A stretch of DNA of 64,000 bases from a virus (Duplodnaviria; Caudoviricetes). The notes under the pieces were generated by a model. The model was not told the DNA's origin. It saw nothing but the letters and a program-made list of their open reading frames with translations, and made no database searches. The stretch is from the IMG/VR virus record IMGVR_UViG_3300002220_000029, positions 1 to 64,000 of that record, one strand, 5' to 3'. A program made the position numbers and the translations under genes. Below, piece by piece: positions 7,643 through 16,752 of the stretch (positions within the stretch are counted from its first letter, which is position 1; every line of letters starts with the position of its first letter).

Positions 7643-10257
7643 TGTCCACTTATTACGTCAAAACCAAAGGCACGACACTTCTGACTTCTGCGAGGTCAGA
7701 AGTATCGTCTGACAACACCAACATCACAGGTTGGAAGAAGACAGACCTTGCCATTTATTGTGTGGCCATCGGGCAGGATGGTCGTGATCCAGCTGCGGCT
7801 GTTCTGCGTCTTGAGTGGAAAGTAAGTGGTGGAACCTTTGCTCCTCTTGCCTCCACAGGTGCGGTAAAATACACTACAGGAACCGACCTATCTGACACCA
7901 ATGCTGTTGCATCAGGAGAGGCAAAAGTTGCTGTTGCTAATATGACATGGCAGGATGGTGAGGAGATTGAAGATGGAGTCTCTGCATCCATCAATCTTGG
8001 CAGCGACGGCTATTCTGAATTGCAGTTTGGTATCAGTTTTGCCGATGCGGCAGATGACACCGTTTACGAATTTCAACTTTACAATGTGTCGGCAACTGCG
8101 GTTGCGGCAGTTGAGTCTGGGTCGATGATCACGGTGAGAACGGCAGCGCCGACAACCTACACGAAGTCAAGCAATCTCAATGCTCTGATTAAAAAAACGG
8201 CGATCACAAAAACAGCGAGTTTGAACTCCCTATTGAGAAAAGCTGGTCTCACCAAAACCAGCTCGTTGAATGCCTTAACATCAAAAGGTATAATGGCATT
8301 ATCATCATTAAATTCGCTATTGCAGAAATCTGATTTGGAATCACTTTCTGTCAATTCCTTATTGAAGTTACAGGCCATTTTGGTGCAGGCTTCTTTGGAT
8401 GCTGTGATTCAGCAAGGAGTTGTGAGTCACGACATAATGGCTTCCATCAATGCCTTATTGGCCAAAGGAAGCGTCACAACCGCAGACTTGAATGCCCTGG
8501 TGCAGAAAATAAACATCGAAAATAATGCATCTGTTAATGCTCTTATACAGAGAACAGATATTGATGAGACCGCTTCCATCAACACTCTCATACAGAAAGG
8601 TGATCTGGTAAAGGCAGCCTCTATTAATGCGTTGATTCAGCAAGGAGGCATAGAAGCGATTGCCAATTTGAATGCGCTGTTGCAGGAAAGCGGTATCACA
8701 GGGATTGTGAGTTTAAACTCCTTGCTGCAAAGAGCGGATCTTTCCAATGTGGCTTCTCTGAATACTCTTCTTGAACAAGGCAACATTACCAGTATTGCTT
8801 CATTGAATGCTCTGATCGAAATGATAGATGTCCAGAGCGCTTCCAGCCTTAATGCCTTAATGCAGAAAAGCAATATTGAGGAATTTGCTTTGCTGAATAC
8901 ACTTATTGCAAAAGGAGACATAATTAGTGTTTCCTCGCTCCACGCTCTCCTTGAGAAAGGAAACATTTCTGCCTCTGATCTAAATGCCCTGCTTAAAAAG
9001 GAAGATATAACCAGCCTCTCCTCGCTGAATGCTCTGCTGCAACTAATAGACAATCAGAAATCAGTTGGCATTAATGCTCTGATCAGAAAAGGCAATATTG
9101 AAAGCCTTTCTTCATTGAATGCTTTGTTACAGATTATAGACAACACAGGATTGGTTGATATTAATGCTTTGCTGCAGAAGGAAGGTGCGGAGAATTTTGC
9201 TCTGTTAGAAGCATTGGTGCAGAAAATAGATATAGAGATTTCCACCAGCATCAACGCAATCATTTCATCCATCACAGGGATTTATGCTTCCATCAATGTC
9301 TTATTGCAGAAACAAATGGTGACAAGTTCCACATCAGTGAATGCAATGGTGGCAAAAGCCTATGCGATTGAATCCTCATTGAATGCATTGATACAAAAGG
9401 CAGGTGATATAAAAACTTCTTTCCTTAATGCGCTTCTGGAAAAGGACAGCATTGAAGCATTGATAAGCCTGAATGCTCTGATGAAAAAAGAAGGAGCATT
9501 AAGTGCAGCTTCTATCAGCACATTGCTTCAGAAATCAGACACCATCACCAATGCATATATCAACTCACTATTGCAAAAGGAAGGCTCCGAGGACATTTCC
9601 ATCAATGGTCTAATTCAGAAGCAGTTGATACCTGTGTTGGTGAGTCTGGATGCTCAAATAATAGGTCTGACTGGTTCAGTTATTAGCATTAATGCTCTTC
9701 TGCAGAAAACATTGGGTGTGTCAACCAGCATCAACTCTTTGATTGCAAGGAGATATGAAACATCCAGTAGTTTAAATTCGTTATTATTAAGCCAAGAAAT
9801 CATTGTGTCTTCTCTAAATGCATTGATGGAGAAAGAGGCTGTTGTCACTGATGCATACATAAATTCATTGTTGCAAACATCAGAAACAACCACAACAATG
9901 TTTGATGGGCTTGTTCAGAAAGCATTAGGGATAGTGTCCTCTATAAATGCTTTGATTGAGAAACAAGGCATTATTACTGTTGTTTTGACAGATAGCCACA
10001 TTCAGAAGATGGGCATTTCCGTTGGTGTAGGCTTGGATGGCGTGATAGTGTTAGTCCTTATTATGCCAACACCGTACTCAATCGTGACCGCTGCCTATCG
10101 GACCAAAGAGGTGTCTGCATATTCAAGGACAAAGAGTGTATCTGGTGCAGCAAGGTCAAAAACTGTGGCTGGAGCATCAAGAACAAAAAGTGTTTCTGCG
10201 ACAGAAAGAACCAAAACTGTGGTTGGTGTTTCAAGAACTAAAACTGTTACAGGATAA
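7642..10257 (+). CDS. Repeat-rich fibre-like virion protein
   Basis: N-terminal beta domain, then about 43 copies of a 13-15 aa unit (S-L/I-N-A-L-L/I-Q-K core), then six C-terminal R[TS]KxVx[GA] units. Confidence 0.6.
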   Translation: MSTYYVKTKGTTLLTSARSEVSSDNTNITGWKKTDLAIYCVAIGQDGRDPAAAVLRLEWKVSGGTFAPLASTGAVKYTTGTDLSDTNAVASGEAKVAVANMTWQDGEEIEDGVSASINLGSDGYSELQFGISFADAADDTVYEFQLYNVSATAVAAVESGSMITVRTAAPTTYTKSSNLNALIKKTAITKTASLNSLLRKAGLTKTSSLNALTSKGIMALSSLNSLLQKSDLESLSVNSLLKLQAILVQASLDAVIQQGVVSHDIMASINALLAKGSVTTADLNALVQKINIENNASVNALIQRTDIDETASINTLIQKGDLVKAASINALIQQGGIEAIANLNALLQESGITGIVSLNSLLQRADLSNVASLNTLLEQGNITSIASLNALIEMIDVQSASSLNALMQKSNIEEFALLNTLIAKGDIISVSSLHALLEKGNISASDLNALLKKEDITSLSSLNALLQLIDNQKSVGINALIRKGNIESLSSLNALLQIIDNTGLVDINALLQKEGAENFALLEALVQKIDIEISTSINAIISSITGIYASINVLLQKQMVTSSTSVNAMVAKAYAIESSLNALIQKAGDIKTSFLNALLEKDSIEALISLNALMKKEGALSAASISTLLQKSDTITNAYINSLLQKEGSEDISINGLIQKQLIPVLVSLDAQIIGLTGSVISINALLQKTLGVSTSINSLIARRYETSSSLNSLLLSQEIIVSSLNALMEKEAVVTDAYINSLLQTSETTTTMFDGLVQKALGIVSSINALIEKQGIITVVLTDSHIQKMGISVGVGLDGVIVLVLIMPTPYSIVTAAYRTKEVSAYSRTKSVSGAARSKTVAGASRTKSVSATERTKTVVGVSRTKTVTG
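8170..10254 (+). repeat. Degenerate protein-level tandem repeats within the 871-aa ORF
   Basis: SLNALLQK-type units counted by eye (about 43, from 8170 to about 10055). RTKxVxG nonamers run from 10099 to 10254. Confidence 0.85.
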
Positions 10258-10275
10258 GGGCTATGGGAGGATGTT

Positions 10276-10578
10276 ATGGCAAGATTTGGTTCCAAACAGC
10301 CATATGAGGAGTATTATGTTGCATTTGACTTTGAAGCACTGATCGGAGTTGCTTCGGTAGCCTCCGCCACAGTCATTGTCTATGATTCAACAGGGGCAAC
10401 AGTCACATCAACCATAACAGTTGTGGCAAATCAGGTTATAGATTCTCCTTTGGTAAATGTGTGGGTACAGGGAGGCGTTACGGATAATGAATACAAGATC
10501 ACTTGTAGAGCCACTACAGATGCCTCTCCACAGGAAAGGTATGAGCTTGATGCTGATTTGCCTGTGGCAGAAGTGTAA
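10276..10578 (+). CDS. Fibre-attachment/adaptor protein
   Basis: Pattern KQPYEEYYVAFDF...VWVQGG...YKITCRATT resembles small phage fibre-adaptor proteins. It follows the fibre-like gene. Confidence 0.55.
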   Translation: MARFGSKQPYEEYYVAFDFEALIGVASVASATVIVYDSTGATVTSTITVVANQVIDSPLVNVWVQGGVTDNEYKITCRATTDASPQERYELDADLPVAEV

Positions 10579-10590
10579 AGGAGAAAACCA

Positions 10591-11100
10591 ATGGCAACTT
10601 TAGTGATTGAAGACGGAACGGTGGTAACAGGAGCAAACAGTTATGTGACTGTTGCTGAGGTAACAACTTTTTGCTCTGACCGTGGATTGACCTCTTGGGC
10701 TGAGCTTGGCAGTCCGGACAAGATAACCGCCATCATAAGAGGCATGGATTATGTGGAGACATTCAATTTCAAAGGAGAGAAATACAGTTATGATGATCCT
10801 TTGGAATGGCCACGGGTTGGGGTATATGATGACATCAACCTTGAACCTGAATTTGAAGAGTATTACCAAGAGATACCGCCTGGATTAAAGAATGCCGTAT
10901 GCAGGGCAGCTTATGAAGAATCAGTGTCGCCTGGGGTTTTGCAGACGAGTTTGACAAGCGGTATTCGCAGAGAAAAGATTGATGTTCTGGAAATTGAGTA
11001 TTTCGGAACGCAGCCATCAAGAGTAGTTTACCAGACGATTGAAGGCTACCTCAAAGGATTGCTAAAGAGTGGCAACGTTTTAACGGTTTTGAGGACATAA
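10591..11100 (+). CDS. Head-tail connector (DnaT-like domain family)
   Basis: Contains LVIEDGT...GANSYVTVAE and LEWPR motifs. Confidence 0.75.
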   Translation: MATLVIEDGTVVTGANSYVTVAEVTTFCSDRGLTSWAELGSPDKITAIIRGMDYVETFNFKGEKYSYDDPLEWPRVGVYDDINLEPEFEEYYQEIPPGLKNAVCRAAYEESVSPGVLQTSLTSGIRREKIDVLEIEYFGTQPSRVVYQTIEGYLKGLLKSGNVLTVLRT

Positions 11101-11101
11101 A

Positions 11102-12100
11102 ATGGACCTTCAACAAGCCAAAAATTTAATTAAACAGTACCCTGGTCAATTCTATACTTATATTTTAAAACGACCTGATGGCAGACCATTCTATGTTGGC
11201 AAAGGCAATTGTAAAGGATTCAGAATTGAAGCTCATGGAAAAGAGGCACTGTCTAATAAATGTGCAAATAGTTATAAAAGAAATGTCATCAGAAAAATAT
11301 GGGAGGATGGTGGCCAAATTGATTATGAAATTGCCTTATTTACACATGATGTAGAAATGGCTTTTGATAAAGAAATTGAATTAATACATTTGTATGGAAG
11401 AAAAGATAAAAAGACAGGTGTTCTTGCCAATATGACAGATGGAGGAGAAGATCCTCCTGATCATACAGGAGAAAAGCATTCTGAGGAAACCAAAAGCAAG
11501 ATGTCAATTGCTGCAATAGGAAGGGTCTTTTCTGATGGCCACAAAAAGAATTTGTCTGAAGCCCATAAAGGCCAACGCTGCTCTGAAGAAGCAAAAAAGA
11601 AAATGTCAGAAGCTCATAAAGGCAAACGTCGTTCTGAAGAAACAAGAAATAAAATTAGTGTAGCAAGAAAAGGTAATTGTCCTTCTGTTGAAACAAGAAA
11701 GAAGATGTCAGATGCCAAGAAGGGCAAACCGGCATGGAACAAAGGTGTCCCTATGTCAAGTGGACAAAAGAAAATGTTATCAGAAAGAATGAATGGTAGA
11801 CCTTGTCGGGAGGAAACAAGAAATAAAATATCAGCATCCTTGAAAGGAAAAACTTTTTCAGAGCAGACAAGGAGAAAATTATCTGAGGCTGCAAAAGGGA
11901 AGCCAAAATCAAAAGAACATAAAACCAATTTATCTCGATCTTTGAAAGGAAAAGAGGTGTCTATAGAAACAAGAGAAAGGTTATCCAGAGCTAATAAAGG
12001 ACAAATTCCTTGGATAAAAGGCAGGCATCATTCAGTAGAAACAAGAAATCAGATATCTGTATCACTTAAACAAAGGACAGATTATGGATTACACACCTAA
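11102..12100 (+). mobile_element. Free-standing GIY-YIG homing endonuclease with NUMOD3 repeats
   Basis: N-terminal FYTYILKRPDGRPFYVGKG, followed by many (H/S)SEETxxKxSxAxKG repeats. Confidence 0.88.
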
Positions 12101-12437
12101 AGCTAATTTGGCCAAGAAACTGCTGGACAAATTCGGTGTAGCCATGCAGGTGATTCAGTCAATCCATGGATCCTATATTGCAACGACTGATTCATATGCC
12201 TCAACAGCAGTTACATACGACACAATTGGGGTTATCCTAAATCCTACAATGGTGTCTCCAGAAGGGATTTATGGCAAGTCTGACCGTGTTCGTCTTCTTT
12301 TGAACGGCTCTGCATTGCCTACACTGGACCAAATTGAGTTTAATGTGGTTTATGATTCCAACAATTGGGTGGCTGACACTGTTGTGGCTGTGAAACCTGG
12401 CGGCAGTGTGATTCTCTATATTGTGGATGTTAAATAA
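12084..12437 (+). CDS. Head-closure/head-tail joining protein
   Basis: Starts MDYTPKANLAKKLLDKFG. Size and position between the connector and the gp10-like gene fit this role. Confidence 0.6.
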   Translation: MDYTPKANLAKKLLDKFGVAMQVIQSIHGSYIATTDSYASTAVTYDTIGVILNPTMVSPEGIYGKSDRVRLLLNGSALPTLDQIEFNVVYDSNNWVADTVVAVKPGGSVILYIVDVK

Positions 12438-12447
12438 TAGGAGGTAA

Positions 12448-12630
12448 ATGAATATGGACAGAGGATCAAGGAAGCATGTTATGCTGAACCAAATTGCACG
12501 GCTGGAAGCTGTCGTGCAGGAGAAGGAAAAAATCATTGGCATTTTGAGACAGGAACTGGCTGAAGCCAAAGCAAAACCTGTGGCTGGCAAAAAAGAGAAA
12601 GAACCATACGAAGGATTCAAGGACAGATAA
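12448..12630 (+). CDS. Small coiled-coil hypothetical protein
   Basis: 60 aa with a GGAGG RBS. Confidence 0.55.
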   Translation: MNMDRGSRKHVMLNQIARLEAVVQEKEKIIGILRQELAEAKAKPVAGKKEKEPYEGFKDR

Positions 12631-13104
12631 ATGGAAACAGCAGCATTACAGGCAGAACTTTCTCAGAATGCAAGTCAATTTTCTCAATCATTGAGACAAT
12701 TGGCAGCTGCAATTGATGCTGACATCAGCAAGGTTATTAGGAACGGTGTTTTGAGAGCCTTTAAAGCCATTATCAAGAGATCGCCTGTTGACACTGGTGC
12801 TTACAGAGGCAGTCATGGCATTGCCAATATGGAGCCAGCAGGAAATGAAAAAATTGTTAAAGGAAAGAAAGGATCAGTGATCCCTCCTGCAACAGCAGGC
12901 AATTGGACATGGAAGGTTGGTGATGGCGATATTTGGCTTTATAACAATGTTCCTTATGCAGAAAGACTTGAGAATGGCTGGAGCAAGACGCAAGCGCCAC
13001 AGGGGATTTATAGACAGGCTATTCCAGAAATAACTAATTTCATCAATCAGGAATTGGCAAAGTATCCCAGTCTTGCACCAACGGGAGGCGGTGGAGAAAA
13101 ATGA
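12631..13104 (+). CDS. HK97 gp10-like tail component
   Basis: Contains RSPVDTGAYRGS and NNVPYAERLENGWS...APQG motifs. Confidence 0.85.
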   Translation: METAALQAELSQNASQFSQSLRQLAAAIDADISKVIRNGVLRAFKAIIKRSPVDTGAYRGSHGIANMEPAGNEKIVKGKKGSVIPPATAGNWTWKVGDGDIWLYNNVPYAERLENGWSKTQAPQGIYRQAIPEITNFINQELAKYPSLAPTGGGGEK

Positions 13105-13499
13105 CACCCGATGAAATCAGATCAGCCATAATGTCTTCAATTGCTGCAAGTTGGGCAACAGCAACAGAAATCTGTTATCCTAACCAGCATTTTGTTGCAC
13201 CACAGGCTTCATGGATAAGACCAACGATCAAGATGAGTGAAACGGTTGTCGGAGAACTGGGTGATGACGGAATTGGAATGAGAAGCGGATTGCTTATGAT
13301 TTCGATATTTGGTCTTGCTGGGCAAGGAACCAAAACACTCATGGGTTATGCATCAAGGCTTGAATCGTTATTTAGAAGACGAGATGTGTCAGGCATTATT
13401 TTTAATGAACCAAATACAGACATACCGGGATTGGATGATAGTGGGTACTTTCATGTGCTTGTGAGCATTGATTTTTGGACGTGGATAGGAGAAGTTTAA
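13101..13499 (+). CDS. Tail terminator-like protein
   Basis: 132 aa after the gp10-like gene, with a GxG...A..L...F pattern typical of tail terminators. Confidence 0.65.
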   Translation: MTPDEIRSAIMSSIAASWATATEICYPNQHFVAPQASWIRPTIKMSETVVGELGDDGIGMRSGLLMISIFGLAGQGTKTLMGYASRLESLFRRRDVSGIIFNEPNTDIPGLDDSGYFHVLVSIDFWTWIGEV

Positions 13500-14473
13500 T
13501 GTTAAAAAGAACAAATCTTTCCGAAGAGCATAAACAAAAGATTGGGAAAGCCAATAAAGGGAAGATCTGTTCTGTTGAATTAAGGACACAAATATCTGAA
13601 TCTCTTAGAGGGAGAAAACAAACAAAAGAATCTAATGAAAAAAGATCCAGAGCCTTAAAAGGGAGAGTTATCCCTGAAGAACAAAGAAAAAGAATGCTTG
13701 ATGGTATGCGTAAGACTAAAAGAGAAAATCCTACGTCTGAAGAGACAAAAAAGAAAATGTCAGAAGTCAAAACAGGCAAACCAAATTATAAGGGGAGAAA
13801 ACCACGATCAGAACAAGCAAAGAAAAATATATCAGAAGCACATAAAGGAATCATTCAATCTGAAAAACAAAGACAAAAAGTATCTGAAAGGATGAAAGGG
13901 AATAAATATAATCTTGGCAAAATTCGTACGGAAGAAAGCAACCTTAAAACCTCTCAAACGTTGAAAAAAAAATATCAAGATGGAAGTTTTGTGTCAGGAA
14001 TGAAAGGTAAAAAACATACAGAGGAATGGAAAAAAGAAGTATCCCGGAAATTAAAAGGAGTAGTTCGTACAGAAGATTATAAAAAGAAAATGTCCAAGAC
14101 TCATAAAGAAAAATGGCAAGATCCAGAATTTGCAGAAAAAAGAATCGCTGATTTTTTTAAAGGGAATAGATGTAAGCCAAACAAACCAGAAATGTTTCTA
14201 AAGAATGTTCTTGAGCAGTTATATCCAGGAGAATGGAGATACGTCGGTGACGGTCAAGTTTTCATAGCAGGCAAGTGCCCTGATTTTATCAATGTCAATG
14301 GCCAGAAGAAAATCATCGAATTGTTTGGTGATTATTGGCACAGAGGTCAAGATCCACAAGACAGGGCTGATATTTTCAAACCATTTGGATTTGAGACTCT
14401 TGTGATATGGGAGAAGGAGTTGAAAAATTTCAAAAGTTTGAGAAGAAAAATTTTTAATTTTACAGAAATATAA
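13499..14473 (+). mobile_element. Free-standing homing endonuclease with NUMOD3 repeats and a C-terminal Vsr/DUF559-like PD-(D/E)xK nuclease
   Basis: N-terminal SEExKxKI repeats, C-terminal KPE...PDF...IIELFGDYWH. The ATG overlaps the upstream stop (TAATG). Confidence 0.82.
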
Positions 14474-14486
14474 TAGGAGGTGTATC

Positions 14487-15884
14487 ATGAGTGAGAACGC
14501 AGAGATCGGCCTCAGTAGGAAACAGCGAGTGTTTGCTGTCTTAGAGGATGTGTTTGGAACATTACAGCTGCCATCAGGGACAACTGATTTTATCAGGCCT
14601 GCAGGCAACGCTGTGATTTCACAGAATCCAGCTTTTAATGATTCTGAGGAATTGGCAAATACATTGGATGTTCTTGATCGTTTCCAGAGCGCTTTGCCGC
14701 CTGGAAAATGGTCAATTCCGATGTATCTCAGGCCATCAGGAACGGTTGGGACAAAACCACAGGGATCATGTCTTTTCCAGTCATTGCAGGGAAGCTGCCT
14801 TGCAACGTTGACTGGTGTAACTCTTGGTGTAGCTTTTGCAAGCACCACAGAGGCTACAATGGTCTTGTCCGGAATTGATATTGCTGATTTTCCGCATGTT
14901 GGGGTGGTTGGAATCACCAATGGGACTCCTACAACGGAATATGTTAGATACACCGGATATATTGCTCCGGCAACGGATGCAACTATTGCAACCTTTACAG
15001 GATGCACCAGAGGGTATGCATCTTCAACGGCTGCTACAGGCACGGTTGGTAATGGTGTGGTTTTGTCTTCTCCGTATTATCGCCAGACAACCACTTCTCC
15101 TTCAATCTCAATTTGGATTGAAACTGACCATCTTGTGCAGGGTCTCCAAGGAGCAAGTGTAAGCGAGGCTGCTATCGATGTCACAAATGAAGGTGCGGTC
15201 AAGCTCACGCTTTCTGGTGAAGGGATGAATATGGTTTGGGCAGGGACATCAACGATGGTTGCAAACGCTGCCACAACAGCAACCATTGCTTATGTGGGAG
15301 ACGCAAATCTTTTCTCTGTTGATGCTTGGGTTCATTGTGCATCAAGCGGGACTAATGCAAGACAAATTATTGCGGTTGATACGACAGCAAATACCTTGCT
15401 TTTTGACGTGGCTCTTGATCACAATTGGGCAACGACAGACACGATTTGTGGTTATTTGCCAACAGGCACGGCGATTGGTGATCCTGTTGAAGCCAAAGAC
15501 ACATCGGTTGAAATATCTGGTGTTTCTGCAAAGATCAAGTCTGGGTCTTTGAGCATTAGGGCACCCAAGAAATATCTGTCTGATGAAATTGGAACAGATT
15601 ATGCTGAGGACTATCTTGAGGATTTGAGAGAAATCACCTCCACCCTCAAGCTGTATTTCAAGAAGGCAGATGCCAAGTATTTTGCGGATGGGATGGCCTC
15701 TGACGAAAACAGCATGCATTTCCAGTTCGGTGATACAGCTGGTTATATCATGGACGTTTATTTTCCGAGAGCTTTCCTTGAGGTGCCAACCGTTGAATTC
15801 AATGCTCCAGCTCTTGAGTTGAGCATTCCGATGAAGGCTATTGGTACTGATGGAGAAGACAGCTGTGAAATTGTAATTTGTTAA
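14487..15884 (+). CDS. Major tail tube protein with inserted beta domains
   Basis: 465 aa, Thr/Ala/Gly-rich, lying between the terminator and chaperone/TMP genes, with a C-terminal tube-like signature (REITSTLKLYF). Confidence 0.75.
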   Translation: MSENAEIGLSRKQRVFAVLEDVFGTLQLPSGTTDFIRPAGNAVISQNPAFNDSEELANTLDVLDRFQSALPPGKWSIPMYLRPSGTVGTKPQGSCLFQSLQGSCLATLTGVTLGVAFASTTEATMVLSGIDIADFPHVGVVGITNGTPTTEYVRYTGYIAPATDATIATFTGCTRGYASSTAATGTVGNGVVLSSPYYRQTTTSPSISIWIETDHLVQGLQGASVSEAAIDVTNEGAVKLTLSGEGMNMVWAGTSTMVANAATTATIAYVGDANLFSVDAWVHCASSGTNARQIIAVDTTANTLLFDVALDHNWATTDTICGYLPTGTAIGDPVEAKDTSVEISGVSAKIKSGSLSIRAPKKYLSDEIGTDYAEDYLEDLREITSTLKLYFKKADAKYFADGMASDENSMHFQFGDTAGYIMDVYFPRAFLEVPTVEFNAPALELSIPMKAIGTDGEDSCEIVIC

Positions 15885-15891
15885 TTGGGAT

Positions 15892-15949
15892 TGGAGGGAA
15901 TAGACTCTCGTAGTCGAACAGGGTAGATCCCGGCTCCCCTTTCCCTCCA
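15892..15949 (+). promoter_or_regulatory. Branched stem-loop between tail tube and tail chaperone
   Basis: TGGAGGGAA pairs with TTCCCTCCA, enclosing GACT/AGTC and GGG/CCC sub-hairpins. Confidence 0.5.
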
Positions 15950-15985
15950 TATTTCAACCGGGACAGAAATCCGGGAGGAGATAAA

Positions 15986-16402
15986 ATGAAGCTGAGAACG
16001 AAGCGTATTGAGGAATGGATCATTGTTGAGGGAGAAAACCCTGACGAGAAGGCAGAGTTTTTGGTGCATCCAATGTCACCAAAGGAAACATCTGACCTGT
16101 TGGAAAAGGCCAAGAAAGCAGAGTGGGATAAAGGCCAACGATTTATGGAGATTGATTTTTATAAATTCAAACTCCAGAAAATCTATGCCACCATTCTTGA
16201 CTGGAAAGGGATTGAAGACGAGAATGGAGAATCCATCAATTGCATCAATTCCAACAAGGAACTGGTTTATCTTGGCAATCCTGAATTTATTGACAAGGTG
16301 ATTGAGCAGGCAGAAGCCCTCTACAAGAATGTTCAGGCGGATCTGGAGAAAGAAGCAAAAAACTTGAAGACTGCGCAGCATGGTACGGAAACAAGCAAAT
16401 AG
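15986..16402 (+). CDS. Tail assembly chaperone (gpG-like)
   Basis: 138-aa acidic ORF between tail tube and TMP, with a slippery site near its 3' end. Confidence 0.8.
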   Translation: MKLRTKRIEEWIIVEGENPDEKAEFLVHPMSPKETSDLLEKAKKAEWDKGQRFMEIDFYKFKLQKIYATILDWKGIEDENGESINCINSNKELVYLGNPEFIDKVIEQAEALYKNVQADLEKEAKNLKTAQHGTETSK

Positions 16403-16752
16403 CGGATTGCGAGGGCTGTCGCAGAGTTTACAATGATGATCCGCCATGTGATACGGAATGTAAGAAACCAGATTTGCTGCAAGGGAATTGGCTGGCATGG
16501 AGACTTTGGAACATATTAAACGGCAGGGATCGACCTCTAACACAGGTCGGTCCTGGTCCTTTGCCAACAACGGCAATGATGGCAATATGCGAGTTGTATG
16601 ATGCCACCATTGACGATTTTGAGAAGATATTGAAGTTGGATTATCTGCTTTATAAAGGACCAGATGGTGGATCAAGATCAGAAGAGGGTGATTTGCCAAA
16701 GAATGTTGTAAGGATGCAAAGACCAAAATCAAAGCCGAAAGGTAAAAGATAA
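16357..16752 (+). CDS. -1 frameshift extension (gpGT-like) of the tail chaperone
   Basis: Slippery heptamer A AAA AAC at 16357-16363. The -1 frame is stop-free from there to 16752 and is the same frame as track ORF 16474..16752. The fusion would be about 255 aa. Confidence 0.8.
   Translation, partial: KKLEDCAAWYGNKQIADCEGCRRVYNDDPPCDTECKKPDLLQGNWLAWRLWNILNGRDRPLTQVGPGPLPTTAMMAICELYDATIDDFEKILKLDYLLYKGPDGGSRSEEGDLPKNVVRMQRPKSKPKGKR

Noticed and set aside
11400-14120. Repetitive DNA in the two endonuclease genes as a possible CRISPR array
   Set aside because: The repeats are degenerate, in frame and encode NUMOD3 units. There are no identical repeats with unique spacers and no cas genes.
11102-14473. 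Group I introns housing the homing endonucleases
   Set aside because: The flanking genes appear complete and abut or overlap the endonuclease ORFs, leaving no non-coding space for an intron core.
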